In this document: in pieces, positions 1-21,331 of the stretch
Position numbering within the stretch: position 1 is the first letter of the stretch
Layout of the letters: every line of letters begins with the position of its first letter
Notes under the pieces: model-generated
Told to the model about the DNA's origin: nothing
The model's input: only the letters and a program-made list of their open reading frames with translations
The model's database searches: none
Translations under genes and position numbers: made by a program
Source: Squalus acanthias
Lineage: Eukaryota
Reading direction: 5' to 3'
Length of the DNA stretch: 64,000 nt
Assembly: GCA_030390025.1 (NCBI GenBank)
Contig: CM059443.1
Span: 50,344,001 to 50,408,000 of the forward strand

Positions 1-200
1 ATTTTAAAGGGAATAGGAGAGTAGCTTGCTATAGAATACAAAAGCAAGACGGTGATGTTGAACATATTCAAGACCTTAGTTAGGATGAGGATGGAGTATT
101 GTGCACATTTTTGGCCATCCTATTATAGGAAGGATGCAGTAATGTTTGAAAGAGTACAGCACAGACTCAGCCGGATCTTATCAGGGATGAGGGGATCATG
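1..200 (+). mobile_element. Degraded CR1 ORF2 C-terminal fragment
   Basis: Remnants of the EYKSK.VML..KTLVR..EYC.HFW motif seen in the intact CR1 at 22324-25260. Confidence 0.6.
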
Positions 201-586
201 AAGTCAGTGAGATTATAACAAGAGAGCCCAGATTTATGATAATCACAAATATTAATAGGGAGGTCAGAAAAAATGTGGTTAGAATGTGGAATTCTCTGCC
301 ACAACCTTAAAACCTACCTCTTTGACCAAGCTTTTGGTCACCTGCCCTAATTTTTTATGTGGCTCGGTGTCAAATTGTTGTTTTATGACACGACTGTGAA
401 GCGCCTTGGGATGTTTTACTACTATTATTAAGTGTCGGCCGTGGCTCAGTGGGTAGCTCTCCAACAAGTTGTTGTTGTTGTACAACTCTTTGGAAAAAAA
501 ACTGGGTGAAGAAGGGATGGGGAGTGAGGAGGATTCAACTAGGTGGAGAAATAAAAGTGGTACAACCTGGATGGAGCGAATGGCCT

Positions 587-1055
587 GTCGCAGCTCGCTG
601 ACTGGGTGAGGCGGCGATGCGCCCTCCGCGGCAGCAGGGGGCGCTGTGGCGAAGTCGCAGCTCGCTGACTGGGTGACGCGGCGATGCGACCTCCGCGGCG
701 GCAGGGGGCGCTGTGGCGAAGTCGCAGCTCGCTGACTGGGTGTGGAGGCGATGCGCCCTCCCCGGCGGCAGGGGGCGCTGTGACGAAGTCGCAGCTCGCT
801 GACTGGGTGTGGAGGCGATGCGCCCTCCCCGGCGGCAGGGGGCGCTGTGGCGAAGTCGCAGCTCGCTGACTGGGTGTGGAGGCGATGCGCCCTCCCCGGC
901 GGTTGGGGGCGCTGTGACGAAGTCGCAGCTCGCTGACTGGGTGTGGAGGCGATGCGCCCTCCCCGGCGGCAGGGGGCGCTGTGGCGAAGTCGCAGCTCGC
1001 TGACTGTGTGAGGCGGCGATGCGCCCTCCGCGGCGGCAGGGGGCGCTGTGGCGGA
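587..1055. repeat. GC-rich 67-bp minisatellite, 7 tandem copies, directly upstream of PSMA4 exon 1
   Basis: The unit start gtcgcagctcgctgactg recurs at 587, 654, 721, 788, 855, 922 and 989 (exact 67-bp period). This explains the repetitive ORFs at 535-1230. Confidence 0.95.
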
Positions 1056-1560
1056 AGGGCCACTCTTGATCCCGCTGAGCGCCTCGTTGGAGCTTGGGCC
1101 GGTGAGCGGGGTGTCGGTGAAGGAGCGGCAGGTGAGTCCCGGCGGGAGGCGGCCCGGAGATCGGCTCAGGGATAGACCCCACTCTCTTCCCCCCCCCCCC
1201 TCCCCTCACGCTCCGAGCGGGGCCGCACAAGCCCGGACTCCCCGGCTCCGAGTGTTACCCCCCTCCCACCCCCCACAAACCCGGGGCCTAGTCAGCCCGG
1301 CCGCCGAAAAGTTGCTGCTTCATCCCCCGGGGAGATGAGCATCCCGGGCCCAGCCTGAGCCCCGGGGGCCCGCGGAGCCTTAGTCCCGGGGGGAGGTGGA
1401 AGCGGCTTCGACTTGGCTCCGGGTGCTGAAAATCCGCGAGTCATCGTGAGCCGGGGAATCGCTTTCGGTTTCAGTTTGTGGAGCGGCCCAGGCCCCGGCT
1501 CCGTGTGTGGGAGGGAGAGAGTGAGAGAGAGCGGCCCAGAACCAGATCTGCGTCCCTGCG
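587..1560 (+). promoter_or_regulatory. PSMA4: CpG island / probable PSMA4 promoter and non-coding first exon (donor CAG|gtgagt after 1131)
   Basis: Very high GC and CpG density, GCGGAAG ETS-like motif at about 1051, strong splice donor at 1132. The next clear acceptor at 5864 leads into the ATG-bearing exon. The TSS position is inferred. Confidence 0.7.
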
Positions 1561-1644
1561 ATCCATGGACCTTTATGCTGACATCCACCTGGAGGCCTGA
1601 GACCTGAACTCTTCACAGCCTGGATGCCAGGGGGTTCTTTTGGA

Positions 1645-3392
1645 GATGAGCACCTCATCTTTCGTTTAGGCATTTTACAGCCTTCCAGACTCAATATCCA
1701 GTTTAACAATTTCAGATCATAACCCCGGCCCCCACCACATATATATACATTTTATCCACCCTTTTGGTTCGTGCCTTTTTCCTTTTTTTTCTCTCTCTCC
1801 CCCTACGGCAGCGGTCTCTCATTCTGCCAGCATTTCACACTTCACCTTTTGTTTCTTAACCTGTCCCATTACCATCTCGTCTTGCCTTGAGCATCTCTTA
1901 ATGTCTCTACTTACCATAGTTATCCCCCTCCCCCCAGCCTCCCCCTTGCATTTTTATCTGTTTCATTTCCTGCTCTTTTCTCAGTTCTGACGAAGGGTTT
2001 CGACCTGAAACGTTACATAAGAACATAAGAAATAGGAGCAGGAGTAGGCCAATCGGCCCCTCGAGCTTGCTCCGCCATTCAATAAGATCATGGCTGATCT
2101 GATCCTAACCGCCAATCTACTATCACAGAACCATCTCCTGCATCTAACAGAATTGCACACACGAAATAGGAGCAGAATCAGGCTACACGGTCCCTGGGCC
2201 CGCTCCACTACCCACAGGGCCATGACCGATCCGAACCTAGACTCATGTCCAAATTCCTGCCCGCTCCCCGTAACCCTTAATGCCCTTTACTTCTAGGAAA
2301 CTGTCTATTTCTGTTTTAAATTTATTTAATGATGTAGCTTCTACAGCTTTTTGTGGCAGCATATTCCATGGACCTACCACCCTCTGAGTGAAGTAGTTCC
2401 TCCTCATCTCAGTTTTGAAAGAGCAGCCCCTTATTCTAAGACTATGTCCCCTAGTTCTAGTCTCACCCGTCATCGGGAACATCCTCCCCGCATCCACCCG
2501 ATCCAACCCCTTCACAATCTTATATGTTTCAATAAGATCGCCTCTCATTCTTCTGAACTCCAATGAGTAGAGTCCCAATCTACCCAACCTCTCCTCATAT
2601 GACCACCCCCTCATCCCCGGGATTAACCGAGTGAACCTTTTTTGCACTGCCTCGAGAGCAAGGATGTCTTTCCTTAAGTAAGGACACCAAAACTGTATGC
2701 AGTATTCCAGGTGTGGTCTCACCAATACCTTGTACAACTGAAGCAATACCTCCCTATTTTTATATTCTATCCCCCTAGCAATGAAAGCCAACATTCCATT
2801 TGCCTTCTTAATCACTTGCTGCACCTGCATACTAACCTTTTGAGTTTCGTGCACCAGGACCCCCAGATCCCTTTGCACTTCAGTACTCTCCAGTTTCTTG
2901 CCATTAAGATAATAAATTGCTCTAGGATTTTTCCTGCCAAAGTGCATCACCTCACACTTTCCAGTGTTGTATTCCATCTGCCAAATCTCTGCCCACTTAC
3001 TTAGCCTGTCTATGTCCCCTTGCAGGTTTTTTATGTCCTCCTCACTCACTACTTTCCCTCCCATCTTTGTATCATCTGCAAATTTTGATATGTTACACTT
3101 GGTCCCTTCCTCCAAATCGTTAATATAGATTGTAAAGAGTTGGGGACCCAGCACTGACCCCTGTGGAACACCACTAGTTACTGATTGCCAGTCTGAGAAT
3201 GAACCATTTATCCCAACTCTTTGCTTTCTGTTAGATAGCCAATCCTCTATCCATGTCAGAATATTACCCCCAATCCTGTGATTTTTTACCTTAAGCAATC
3301 ATTTTTTGTGTGGCACCTTGTCAAACTCTGTTTCTCTCTCCATGGATGTTGCCTGGCCTGCTGAGTTTTTCCAGCGTTTTCTGTTCTTTTGG
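1645..3392 (+). mobile_element. Penelope-like element 3' fragment (1645-2015 plus 3324-3392), split by a CR1 insertion
   Basis: gagcacctcatctttcgtttaggc... matches the end of the Penelope ORF and its 3'UTR at 54670-55130. Confidence 0.85.
2016..3323 (-). mobile_element. 5'-truncated CR1 LINE with an open RT C-terminal frame (ORF 2243..3298)
   Basis: [10 protein letters not shown] and FADDTK motifs; (CTTATGTT)n-type 3' tail at 2016-2031. Confidence 0.95.
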
Positions 3393-4079
3393 AATTGTTT
3401 CGCGGGTTGGAGGGGTACTCCGGAGGTACCCTCCCGACAGCAATTTCTAGGCCAGTGTTCCTCTGCTGACTGGGCAATGCTGAGGGCAGTTTACTAGTAG
3501 TGTGAGCAGCAGGAATACCGAGGCAGAGGCATTGCTTGCATTGAGTTGGAGGCTGTGATGTTTTATAACAGTGTTGCCTAGAAAGTGTGATCGGAGAAGT
3601 GTTACTGGAAGTGTATGATACACATAAGACGTTATGTGTAACTGTATCGTAGATAAATATCATACATGGTGCTACGTATGTGTTGAGAATGTCACACTAC
3701 CTGCTGTGCTTTAGAACTTTTAGATGGCTTGAAGTGTATTGAGCGCGCCCGTGTTTGCTCTTATTGCTAATGAATGTCCACTGTGCTGCGAGTGTTCGTG
3801 TCGAGGTGCTTGGCTATAAAGATGATGCTGCTGATGCGACACGTCATGAGGCCACGAGGCTCAGTGGAGAGATCGTCAGATCTGGGTGACATTCGTCTGC
3901 AAGTCTCTCAATACAAACAAGATCTTAAATCATTTTCACTTTGGGTAAAGTCATTCATGGGGCACTGGGTTTGTCTGGACATTTGCCAATGGATGCCAAA
4001 TCCAGTGCTCTCCAACAAATCAGTGACTATATCCTTTTGGCCTTGAGAGGATATTATACTGCGTTGGCGCTTAATGAAC

Positions 4080-4900
4080 CAGTTCAGTAGGATTCCACAC
4101 TCTTATTGCCTACATAATGGTCTGGTGGCAGAACAGTATTCAGTCCAAATTCTGCACCAGGCAAGGGAGAGAAGGGCATGGTCTTGAGAGAGCAGTGCCA
4201 AAAATTGCATTGGGGCTTGGGAATAAGAATCTGGTTGAGGCAGTGTCCCAGAGCGCAGTTGTGGTCTCGAGCTACAAAAAGGGAGACCCCAGTAAGCCTG
4301 AAAACTGCTGATTCGTCTCACTGATAGCAGTGGTTCTTTAGGTCATTGCATTGTGAATATTGGACGCATTGGTGCAATCAAAAAGGAACAGGGTAGATAT
4401 CCTTGTGAGGAACGTCTAGGACAGGTTGTGGTTTCATAGCAGATGGCGGAGTGTTGTAAGACACCTTGCATTACTTTCATCGATTTACATCGCACTTTTG
4501 AAGCTGAGCAACAAGCAGCCACGGGAGGGAACTGGATGGTACGTGGTTAAATCGTAGCCTTTATCCAGGATATGTACTCCGGTTACAAGGTCCATCCATG
4601 TTAGAATAGAGCAGTGAGGCAAGATTGTCCACCGCCATCCACCTATTTAATGTGGTCTTCACTGATGGGTTGGATGGCACCCTAAGCATGGTCTCGACGT
4701 GTTCTGCAAGAATTGTGGTGCTTTTTTCATTGCCGATTGTTGACGGACTTGCCTGGGGATATACTGCACTGCACTCGCCTGCTCGGGAAGTGGGCTGTGA
4801 AGTGTCCTACTATGTGCACCACTGTGCACAGCAGAGGATCTGTCTTTCACTGTCAGTTCACGTTGGTACCTGAGGGTCCTGGTGAAATTGGAACTTTAGC
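4080..4900 (+). mobile_element. Highly decayed non-LTR RT remnant
   Basis: KKGDPSKPEN and FIDL..xFE-like remnants only; family not assignable. Confidence 0.35.
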
Positions 4901-5864
4901 TTTTGATACAGTCCTTTAGGACCATGCTGCGAGGATGCAAAAGGCTGACCTGTCTCATCAATGATCGTAAAGTAACAATGTAGGTGAAACTTGTGCCTTA
5001 GTCTAAACAATTCTGCCATTGTATAGAGCTCCATTCCAACTAAAGATTAACCAGTATATTTATCTGGCGTTTTTAGATTGAAGAGTGGCAGGAATTCTTG
5101 AATGCAATTCTGTGCAAAAGCCCCATTAGGATGAGTACGATGGCAGTACCTTCCTACCAATGGAATATAAATAGATATTCTGATGGTTCAATGTAACATG
5201 CTTTTATATGGCCATCTCATGAATAGAAGACCAGAGTCACTCCTTGTCCATAACAGACTCCATCACTAACAATATTGTCCTTCCCACTTATCATGTCTGC
5301 TGCCCTCAATTTAATTGTTGTGTTCTTTCTCAGTATAGATGAGAATTCATTATGGAACATGCTTTCACTTTCTCGCCCAGGCAACATCACTAGCTATTAT
5401 TTGAGAAGTATTTGTCAAACATGCATATTTTGTGTGGCAGTCATAGATTTGCACAATAAAGTTCCAGTGTGCACGTGACTCAGAGAACCCACATTTCTGC
5501 TGATAAAGGAATGGGTTAAAAGTAAAAATGATTTTCAGCATAAAATGGCATCTGTTGGTTCTTTGTTTTTCGAGTTTCCGAAAGGCTTTGAGTTAAATGT
5601 CGCATTGACTGAGCTGATCTTGTTGGTGTTCTGCCCTTGAAAATCTGGTTTGTCACTCGGCTCTGTCTTTATGGATGAGCAAAGATGGGCCAAATGGCCA
5701 CCTTCATCTCTGTTGACCTGATCCGACTTCTGTTCAAATGCTTCATGGCAGATTGCTGCTGTTCTTGTCAGTTTTAATAAGATATTATTAGGTGCAGATC
5801 CTTTCACAAACTTGTTGCAGCAGATTATCGCACACATTAACTGATTTCCTTTTTCTGTTCCCAG

Positions 5865-5889
5865 ATTTTTGATCTAGTTTAAGAACACA

Positions 5890-5892
<3 letters not shown>
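5865..5892 (+). CDS. PSMA4: PSMA4 exon 2 (5'UTR plus the ATG only, 5890-5892)
   Basis: Polypyrimidine tract and ccag acceptor; ends acaATG|gtgagt. Confidence 0.9.
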
Positions 5893-14861
<8,969 letters not shown>

Positions 14862-15031
14862 AACTGCAAATTAATCACATTCGTGTTTGAGTAAAACCAG
14901 AAGTTTATTGAAAATCTAGTTGACTGCAGGTTCTTCAATATAGAATTGGCCGTACCAGATACCATCCAGCCTTCTTGTACACTTCCGCACATCAATTGTA
15001 TACGCACTAGTAATTGCCAGATGGGTTTTTA

Positions 15032-15037
15032 AATAAA
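15032..15037 (+). terminator. PSMA4: PSMA4 polyadenylation signal AATAAA
   Basis: First AATAAA about 170 nt after the stop, followed by T-rich downstream sequence. Confidence 0.7.
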
Positions 15038-15504
15038 GAGTAAAGGCAAAAAAAATTTGTTTTCCAATACGTTTATTTGACAATTTTTTTCCCCCTTTTA
15101 AGTTGCTTACTTCTCACTTGCACACGAACTGTTAACAAACTGAAGACTGAAGGGATCCACCAGACCTTGTACAGCAGAGACATTACATGGCCAGGATGTA
15201 GATGGAAGAGTTTGGTACTGGCGATTGGGTACACAGAGGGAGGAGGGGGGTGGGCGAAGGGCACCGAGAACCTCGGAGAGTGAGGCAGTGCCCCTGGCAG
15301 TAGCCCAACAACATGAACGCATGGGTGAGAATTTCTACTGATTCAGCCGAAAAAGTGTGTGATCGTCATCTCGGACTGGTCGTTCCCAGCTCTGTTTATC
15401 GTAGCAGTAAATGCGCGTTTCTAGGAAATGCCGTGTGGCAGGAATTATCCCTGCATGGCACAAGATGCCATAGGTTTACCAATTAGCCCACGGGTGGACC
15501 AAGT

Positions 15505-15930
15505 GTCAGCCGTGGCTCAGTGGGTAGCACTCTCGCCTCTGAGTCAGAAGGTTGTGAGTTCACATCCCACTCCAGGCACTTGAGCACAAAAATTTAGGGT
15601 GACACTCCAGCGCAGTACTGTGGGAGTGCTGCACTGTCGGATGTTTCAGATGAGACGTTAAACCCTGTCTGCTCTCAGGTGGACGTAAAAGTCCCGTGGC
15701 ACTATTTCGAAGAGCAGCAAGGATGTTATCCCCGGAGTCTTGGCCAATATTTATCCCTCAATCAACATCACTAAAACAGATTATCTGGTCATTATTACAT
15801 TGCTGTTTGAGGGACCTTGCTGTGCGCAAATTGGGTGCTGCGTTTCCTACATTACAACAGTGGCGACACCTAAAGTACTGTAAAGCACTTTGGGACATCT
15901 GGCGGTGGTGCAATGCAAGTCTGTCTTTCA
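15505..15930 (+). mobile_element. tRNA-derived Deu-domain SINE (SacSINE1/AmnSINE1-like), near full length
   Basis: A box TGGCTCAGTGG, B-box-like GAGTTCACATCC, Deu core (gatgagacgttaaacc...cccgtggcactatttcgaagagcag...tggccaatatttatccctcaa). Family assignment is from recalled consensus. Confidence 0.8.
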
Positions 15931-16927
15931 AGTGGGACCTCAGCCAGGAGGCAGTGACTCACCGAGTTCTGTTGTGATTTATGTTATTAGCTTGATGTTC
16001 AGCAGGCCATGTCTAAGTGTCTTTCACTGCATTAGAGGCGCTCCCTTTCTCTTCCATCTTCTTTCCCTCTTCTGGACAAATACAAGTATACTCCATCCTC
16101 TTATCCATGAATCTCGCAACCCCTGCCCTGAGATGTAACCACCACAATCTGGGCCAAGGTGAATTCATCATAATCCAGGCATTATCACTCCAATATGCTT
16201 CCGCACGTGGTCGCTAGAAGCCCAATGCTGCAGTAGATTCCATGAGTAATATCGTCTGATCAAGTTCTGGGGCAATGGGAGTTTTGAGAAACAATCCATT
16301 GGCTCATTCATAGGATGTTGGGCATTTTGATAGACCATGACCCAGCTCATTGCCTCACTGACCTGTTGAGAGGTCTTTGTGCCCACTACCCTCCACCACC
16401 AGTACCTCGCCAATGAAAGCAATTGAAGGTTCAAAAATTTAAAAGTGACAGTAAATTGTTAAAATCCAGTGAAGCAAAAAATATCTATGTATTAGATGAT
16501 TTTTTTCCTGTTGTCACAATTTTTGGTCACGCTTTCTATCTCGTCCATTACAATGGGAATTCCCTATTTAGCCTGGTGATACATTAGTTAATGGATGCAG
16601 CCACTAGGTGGCGTAGCTCCACTGTAACACTGCTCTCGCACTGTGAGCAATGGCAGAGGAGGTCCACCATGAGCTGGCCATACAACAAACAGCAATGATC
16701 CACAACAACCAGGCGAACTGTTGAAACAGTTCTGCTTCCCCACCACCAACCTCCTCCATTTCTCCATACAGCGCTGAGCCCAGCACACAGGCTAAGGTGC
16801 AGCTGTGGTTTCCTGAGGAAAGGAGCAGGGCCTACTTTATCAGCCCGAAGGTCAAGGAGAAATGCCGCATTGAGCAGTTTGCAAGGACTGGATCGGGCTC
16901 ACTGGTGCTCCTTGTGGACAATCGACC

Positions 16928-18057
16928 TCTGACGTTCTCAGGGTCACCCATGAAGAATGGGCATTTGGGGAAACTGACAGTGCCTGTGGAATGTACCATG
17001 TCTTGAATCCCTGTAGGGGGAGCATTTCTAATCCATACTTTCAGGGTAAGCGGTATTTTGCTAGGTTGTAAAAATACATCGGATTACTCATCTCTTTCGT
17101 ATGCTCAGTAGGCCTACTCTACAATGATCTAATTTCATTGTGAAGTTTTCTATAGAGAAGTGAGTAAAAAAAATATCCTAGACAACAGGAACCACTTTTA
17201 ATTTTTATCGCGCTCAGCTAAGCTTGGTGGTTTTGGAGAGAGGATCCAAGGAAGAGTAGTTATATTTCCCACCCTGTCGACGCTAGCCTTTCCCTCGGCT
17301 CGATTTCCCGGTTCTCTTGGATGATCTCTCACTTCCCCGCGTTGCGCTCTATCTGCCACAGATTTGCCCACTCATTTAGTCTGTCCATGTCCCTTTAGAA
17401 CTTCCTGCTCCCCACCACACAAATGAGTGTGCCTCCTAACAGTGTCGTTTGCAAACTCGAGTACGTAACACTCTCTTCATCCAACTCTTTGATGTATTTG
17501 GTGAAAAGTTGTGGCCCCAGTACAGACTTCTGGAAAGCACCACTTGCCATATCCTGCCAATCAGAGAATGTTCCCTTTATCCCCACTCCCTCCCTTTCCT
17601 ACCTCCCAACCAATTACCGACCCATGTCACAGGGTTCCCTCCAATTCCGTGTGCATTTATTTTTGCTGCTAATCTGTTGCGTGGCACCTTATCAAATGTC
17701 TTCTGGAAGTCCAAGTAGACGACGTCCATAGACAGCAGTTCTGATGAAACTCTGTATCTGCTCAGGTGCTGCCTGACCTGAGCGTTTCCAGCAGCTTCTG
17801 CTTTTATATCACATTTCCAGCAGCTGTAGTGTTTTGCTTTTTGTTCCGTTAGACACTCCCCTATCCACCACACCAGTGACCTCAAAAAAATTGAGCTAGA
17901 TTAGTCAGACATGACCTACGGCTCCTCTTGGCCCGACAAAAATAACTTTTCACTTCCCCTTTTGAGGCCGTTACCTCCTCGCCACCCCGGTCCAACTGGG
18001 TGGATTCTGCTCAGTTATCCCTCGAAATTGCACGGGGGTCTGGTGCGTGTTACAGGA
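16928..18057 (+). repeat. Local duplication, copy 1 (about 1.13 kb; contains a decayed - strand CR1 piece)
   Basis: Essentially identical to 19647-20776 (offset 2719). ORF sets 17395-17885 and 20114-20604 are identical. Confidence 0.95.
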
Positions 18058-18894
18058 GCCTGATTTGCATACAGGACTCAGGCGCCCACCGGATTCGGAT
18101 GGGCTGCTGAGCGGAAGGCCGCAATGAATATGGCGGCGCAGCGGGAAACGGGGCCACCGTGATTTTAACTCTGCTGCGGCCCAGATTCCGTGGCTAGGTC
18201 GAGTTAAAATCGGCCATTGTGAGGTTTGGCGTCAAGGTATGGGGCTTTACCAGACACTCCTTAATGCCTGCAACCGGTGGCTGTGCTTTTTTAAACCTGT
18301 GAGAATTCACTCTGTTTTAAAATATGGTCATAACACAATCTTCAGTGTAGAAAAAAATGATCAAAAATCCTAAAATGTGACAATTGGTAATATTTTGGCC
18401 CAGTGATATTAATTTAGGACGTCGGTCTCAATTTGAACCATTGATATTAATGTGGGATGTTCGTACTGTGGCACATCGGTATTAATTTGTTTGTCACAAA
18501 ATGAGACTGTTTAAAATATTGCAGAACATGGGAGAACTTCCTGTTCCTTGAACTTGAAAAAAAATGAATGCATCCAATTCACACACTACTGAGGAAAGAT
18601 TGCAGAGCGCAGTACTAAGGATTACAAGCCAATTACTTTTAAGGTCTAGGATTGGTGGGTAAAACCCCAATTGTGTGATGAAGCTAAATGATGAACCTAA
18701 CAGCCTTGAGGGCGTTCATTTCCCCCCCTGGACATACGTTTCAGTTTCTTGTTCTTGGGCGATGCTGAACTAACCACATTATATTTAGAGGTTTGCCTCA
18801 GTAACCAATGTTAAGTTGACTGAAATTGAGGTTAATGCTCTGAAGAGTGAATAGTCATGTTCTCAAACACAAACAGCAATTACACCATTTTTAA

Positions 18895-19150
18895 AAATTC
18901 ATTCATGGGATGTGGGCGTCGCTGGCAAGGCCAGCATTTATTGCCCATCCCTAATTGCCCTCGAGAAGGTGGGGGTGAGCTGCCTTCTTGAACCGCTGCA
19001 GTCCGTGTGATGAAGGTACTCCCACAGTGATGTTAGGGAGGGAGTTCCAGGATTTTGACCCAGCGACGATGAAGGATCGGCAATATATTTGCAAGTCAGG
19101 ATGGTGTTTGACTTGGAGGGGAACGTGGAGGTGGTGGTGTTCCCATGTGA
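18895..19150 (-). mobile_element. LINE family 2 3' fragment
   Basis: attcattcatgggatgtgggcgtc tail; WNSLPNxTVG peptide. Confidence 0.85.
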
Positions 19151-19646
19151 ATGACCTGTTACTGTTTCTGCTGCCACCTGATGCTTGCACATACTTCCAC
19201 ACCCAGCCCAGTCAGTCTCGGCCATATTATCCCGCCCCCCCCCCCAATTCTGATCCCAGCTTTGATTTTTGATTCACTCCCTTTTTCAGCTTTATGAATC
19301 CCCATATTGACACGGTGCTGTGCACCCACTAGAATCTCTTTCCTCCTGGTCCCACCTTTGTTGCATTTGGACCTTTCCACCATATTTGCAACGATTGTGA
19401 TGCAGCGGACAAAATACGAGAATAGAGCCGTTAAATCCAGATTGCTTGTGACTGCATCACTTCCACCCGGGGGTTACCCAAGTTGCTGCTCTGGCAACGG
19501 AACGGTGCCCCATAATCGTGGAGCTGCCAACACTGGACAAAGCCAAGATGTAAGATTCTGTTTAGTTACAAGCCATAAACCTGAGGTGTTCACATCTCAA
19601 AAAACATAAACATGGCTAAAAGCTTCAAGAGAAATTAAAATATTCA

Positions 19647-20776
19647 TCTGACGTTCTCAGGGTCACTCATGAAGAATGGGCATTTGGGGAAACTGACAGT
19701 GCCTGTGGAATGTACCATGTCTTGAATCCCTGTAGGGGGAGCATTTCTAATCCATACTTTCAGGGTAAGCGGTATTTTGCTAGGTTGTAAAAATACATCG
19801 GATTACTCATCTCTTTCGTATGCTCAGTAGGCCTACTCTACAATGATCTAATTTCATTGTGAAGTTTTCTATAGAGAAGTGAGTAAAAAAAATATCCTAG
19901 ACAACAGGAACCACTTTTAATTTTTATCGCGCTCAGCTAAGCTTGGTGGTTTTGGAGAGAGGATCCAAGGAAGAGTAGTTATATTTCCCACCCTGTCGAC
20001 GCTAGCCTTTCCCTCGGCTCGATTTCCCGGTTCTCTTGGATGATCTCTCACTTCCCCGCGTTGCGCTCTATCTGCCACAGATTTGCCCACTCATTTAGTC
20101 TGTCCATGTCCCTTTAGAACTTCCTGCTCCCCACCACACAAATGAGTGTGCCTCCTAACAGTGTCGTTTGCAAACTCGAGTACGTAACACTCTCTTCATC
20201 CAACTCTTTGATGTATTTGGTGAAAAGTTGTGGCCCCAGTACAGACTTCTGGAAAGCACCACTTGCCATATCCTGCCAATCAGAGAATGTTCCCTTTATC
20301 CCCACTCCCTCCCTTTCCTACCTCCCAACCAATTACCGACCCATGTCACAGGGTTCCCTCCAATTCCGTGTGCATTTATTTTTGCTGCTAATCTGTTGCG
20401 TGGCACCTTATCAAATGTCTTCTGGAAGTCCAAGTAGACGACGTCCATAGACAGCAGTTCTGATGAAACTCTGTATCTGCTCAGGTGCTGCCTGACCTGA
20501 GCGTTTCCAGCAGCTTCTGCTTTTATATCACATTTCCAGCAGCTGTAGTGTTTTGCTTTTTGTTCCGTTAGACACTCCCCTATCCACCACACCAGTGACC
20601 TCAAAAAAATTGAGCTAGATTAGTCAGACATGACCTACGGCTCCTCTTGGCCCGACAAAAATAACTTTTCACTTCCCCTTTTGAGGCCGTTACCTCCTCG
20701 CCACCCCGGTCCAACTGGGTGGATTCTGCTCAGTTATCCCTCGAAATTGCACGGGGGTCTGGTGCGTGTTACAGGA
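19647..20776 (+). repeat. Local duplication, copy 2, abutting the 5' end of the full-length CR1
   Basis: Only one mismatch noticed (gtcacccatg vs gtcactcatg); ends at ttacagga. Confidence 0.95.
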
Positions 20777-21331
20777 CCAGCGTCGACAGCGGGGGAGGAG
20801 GAGCCTTTCTTTCTTTCTCTCTCCCACAGAGCGGTCGGCAGCGGGGAAGGAGGAGCGGACCTGGTTGGAGCGGCAGAGGCCTGAGGTGAGTCAATAAAGG
20901 GAGGCCCGAGGCTCAGGTAGGCCTCAGACCAGCGTCGACAGCGGGGGAGGAGGAGCCTTTCTTTCTCTCTCCCACAGAGCGGTCGGCAGCGGGGAAGGAG
21001 GAGCGGACCTGGTTGGAGCGGCAGAGGCCTGAGGTGAGTCAATAAACTCACCTACGTGGCCTTTTTCCCCAGCGGGGTAAGAGCTTCGCGGGCTTTTTCA
21101 AAGGCAGGGGGCGGGGCCAAATCATTGGTACCCGTATATAGGTGGAGCGGTTGCTAAACCCGAGACACTACACTAGTAGTGACTCCCACCCTCCCACCTC
21201 CTCTAACCTTTAGGGGTAGAGGGAATTTAAAAGGTCGGTTCGATTTTATATTTTGTTTTCAGGGACTTAACTCCTGAACCTAAGATAAATAAGTTTAAAT
21301 TTTAGTAATAAAGTAACATAAGGGTTAAGTC

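Noticed and set aside
587-1055. CRISPR-like regular repeats
   Set aside because: The units are contiguous with no unique spacers, the context is eukaryotic, and no cas genes are present.
535-1230. Overlapping 61-231 aa ORFs with repeated peptides
   Set aside because: Translation artefacts of the 67-bp GC-rich minisatellite.
15505-15580. tRNA gene
   Set aside because: The A/B boxes belong to a SINE head that continues into the Deu core; no complete cloverleaf was verified.
17738-17760. Hammerhead motif (also duplicated at about 20457)
   Set aside because: CTGATGA is followed directly by aactctg; stem II and GAAA are deleted.
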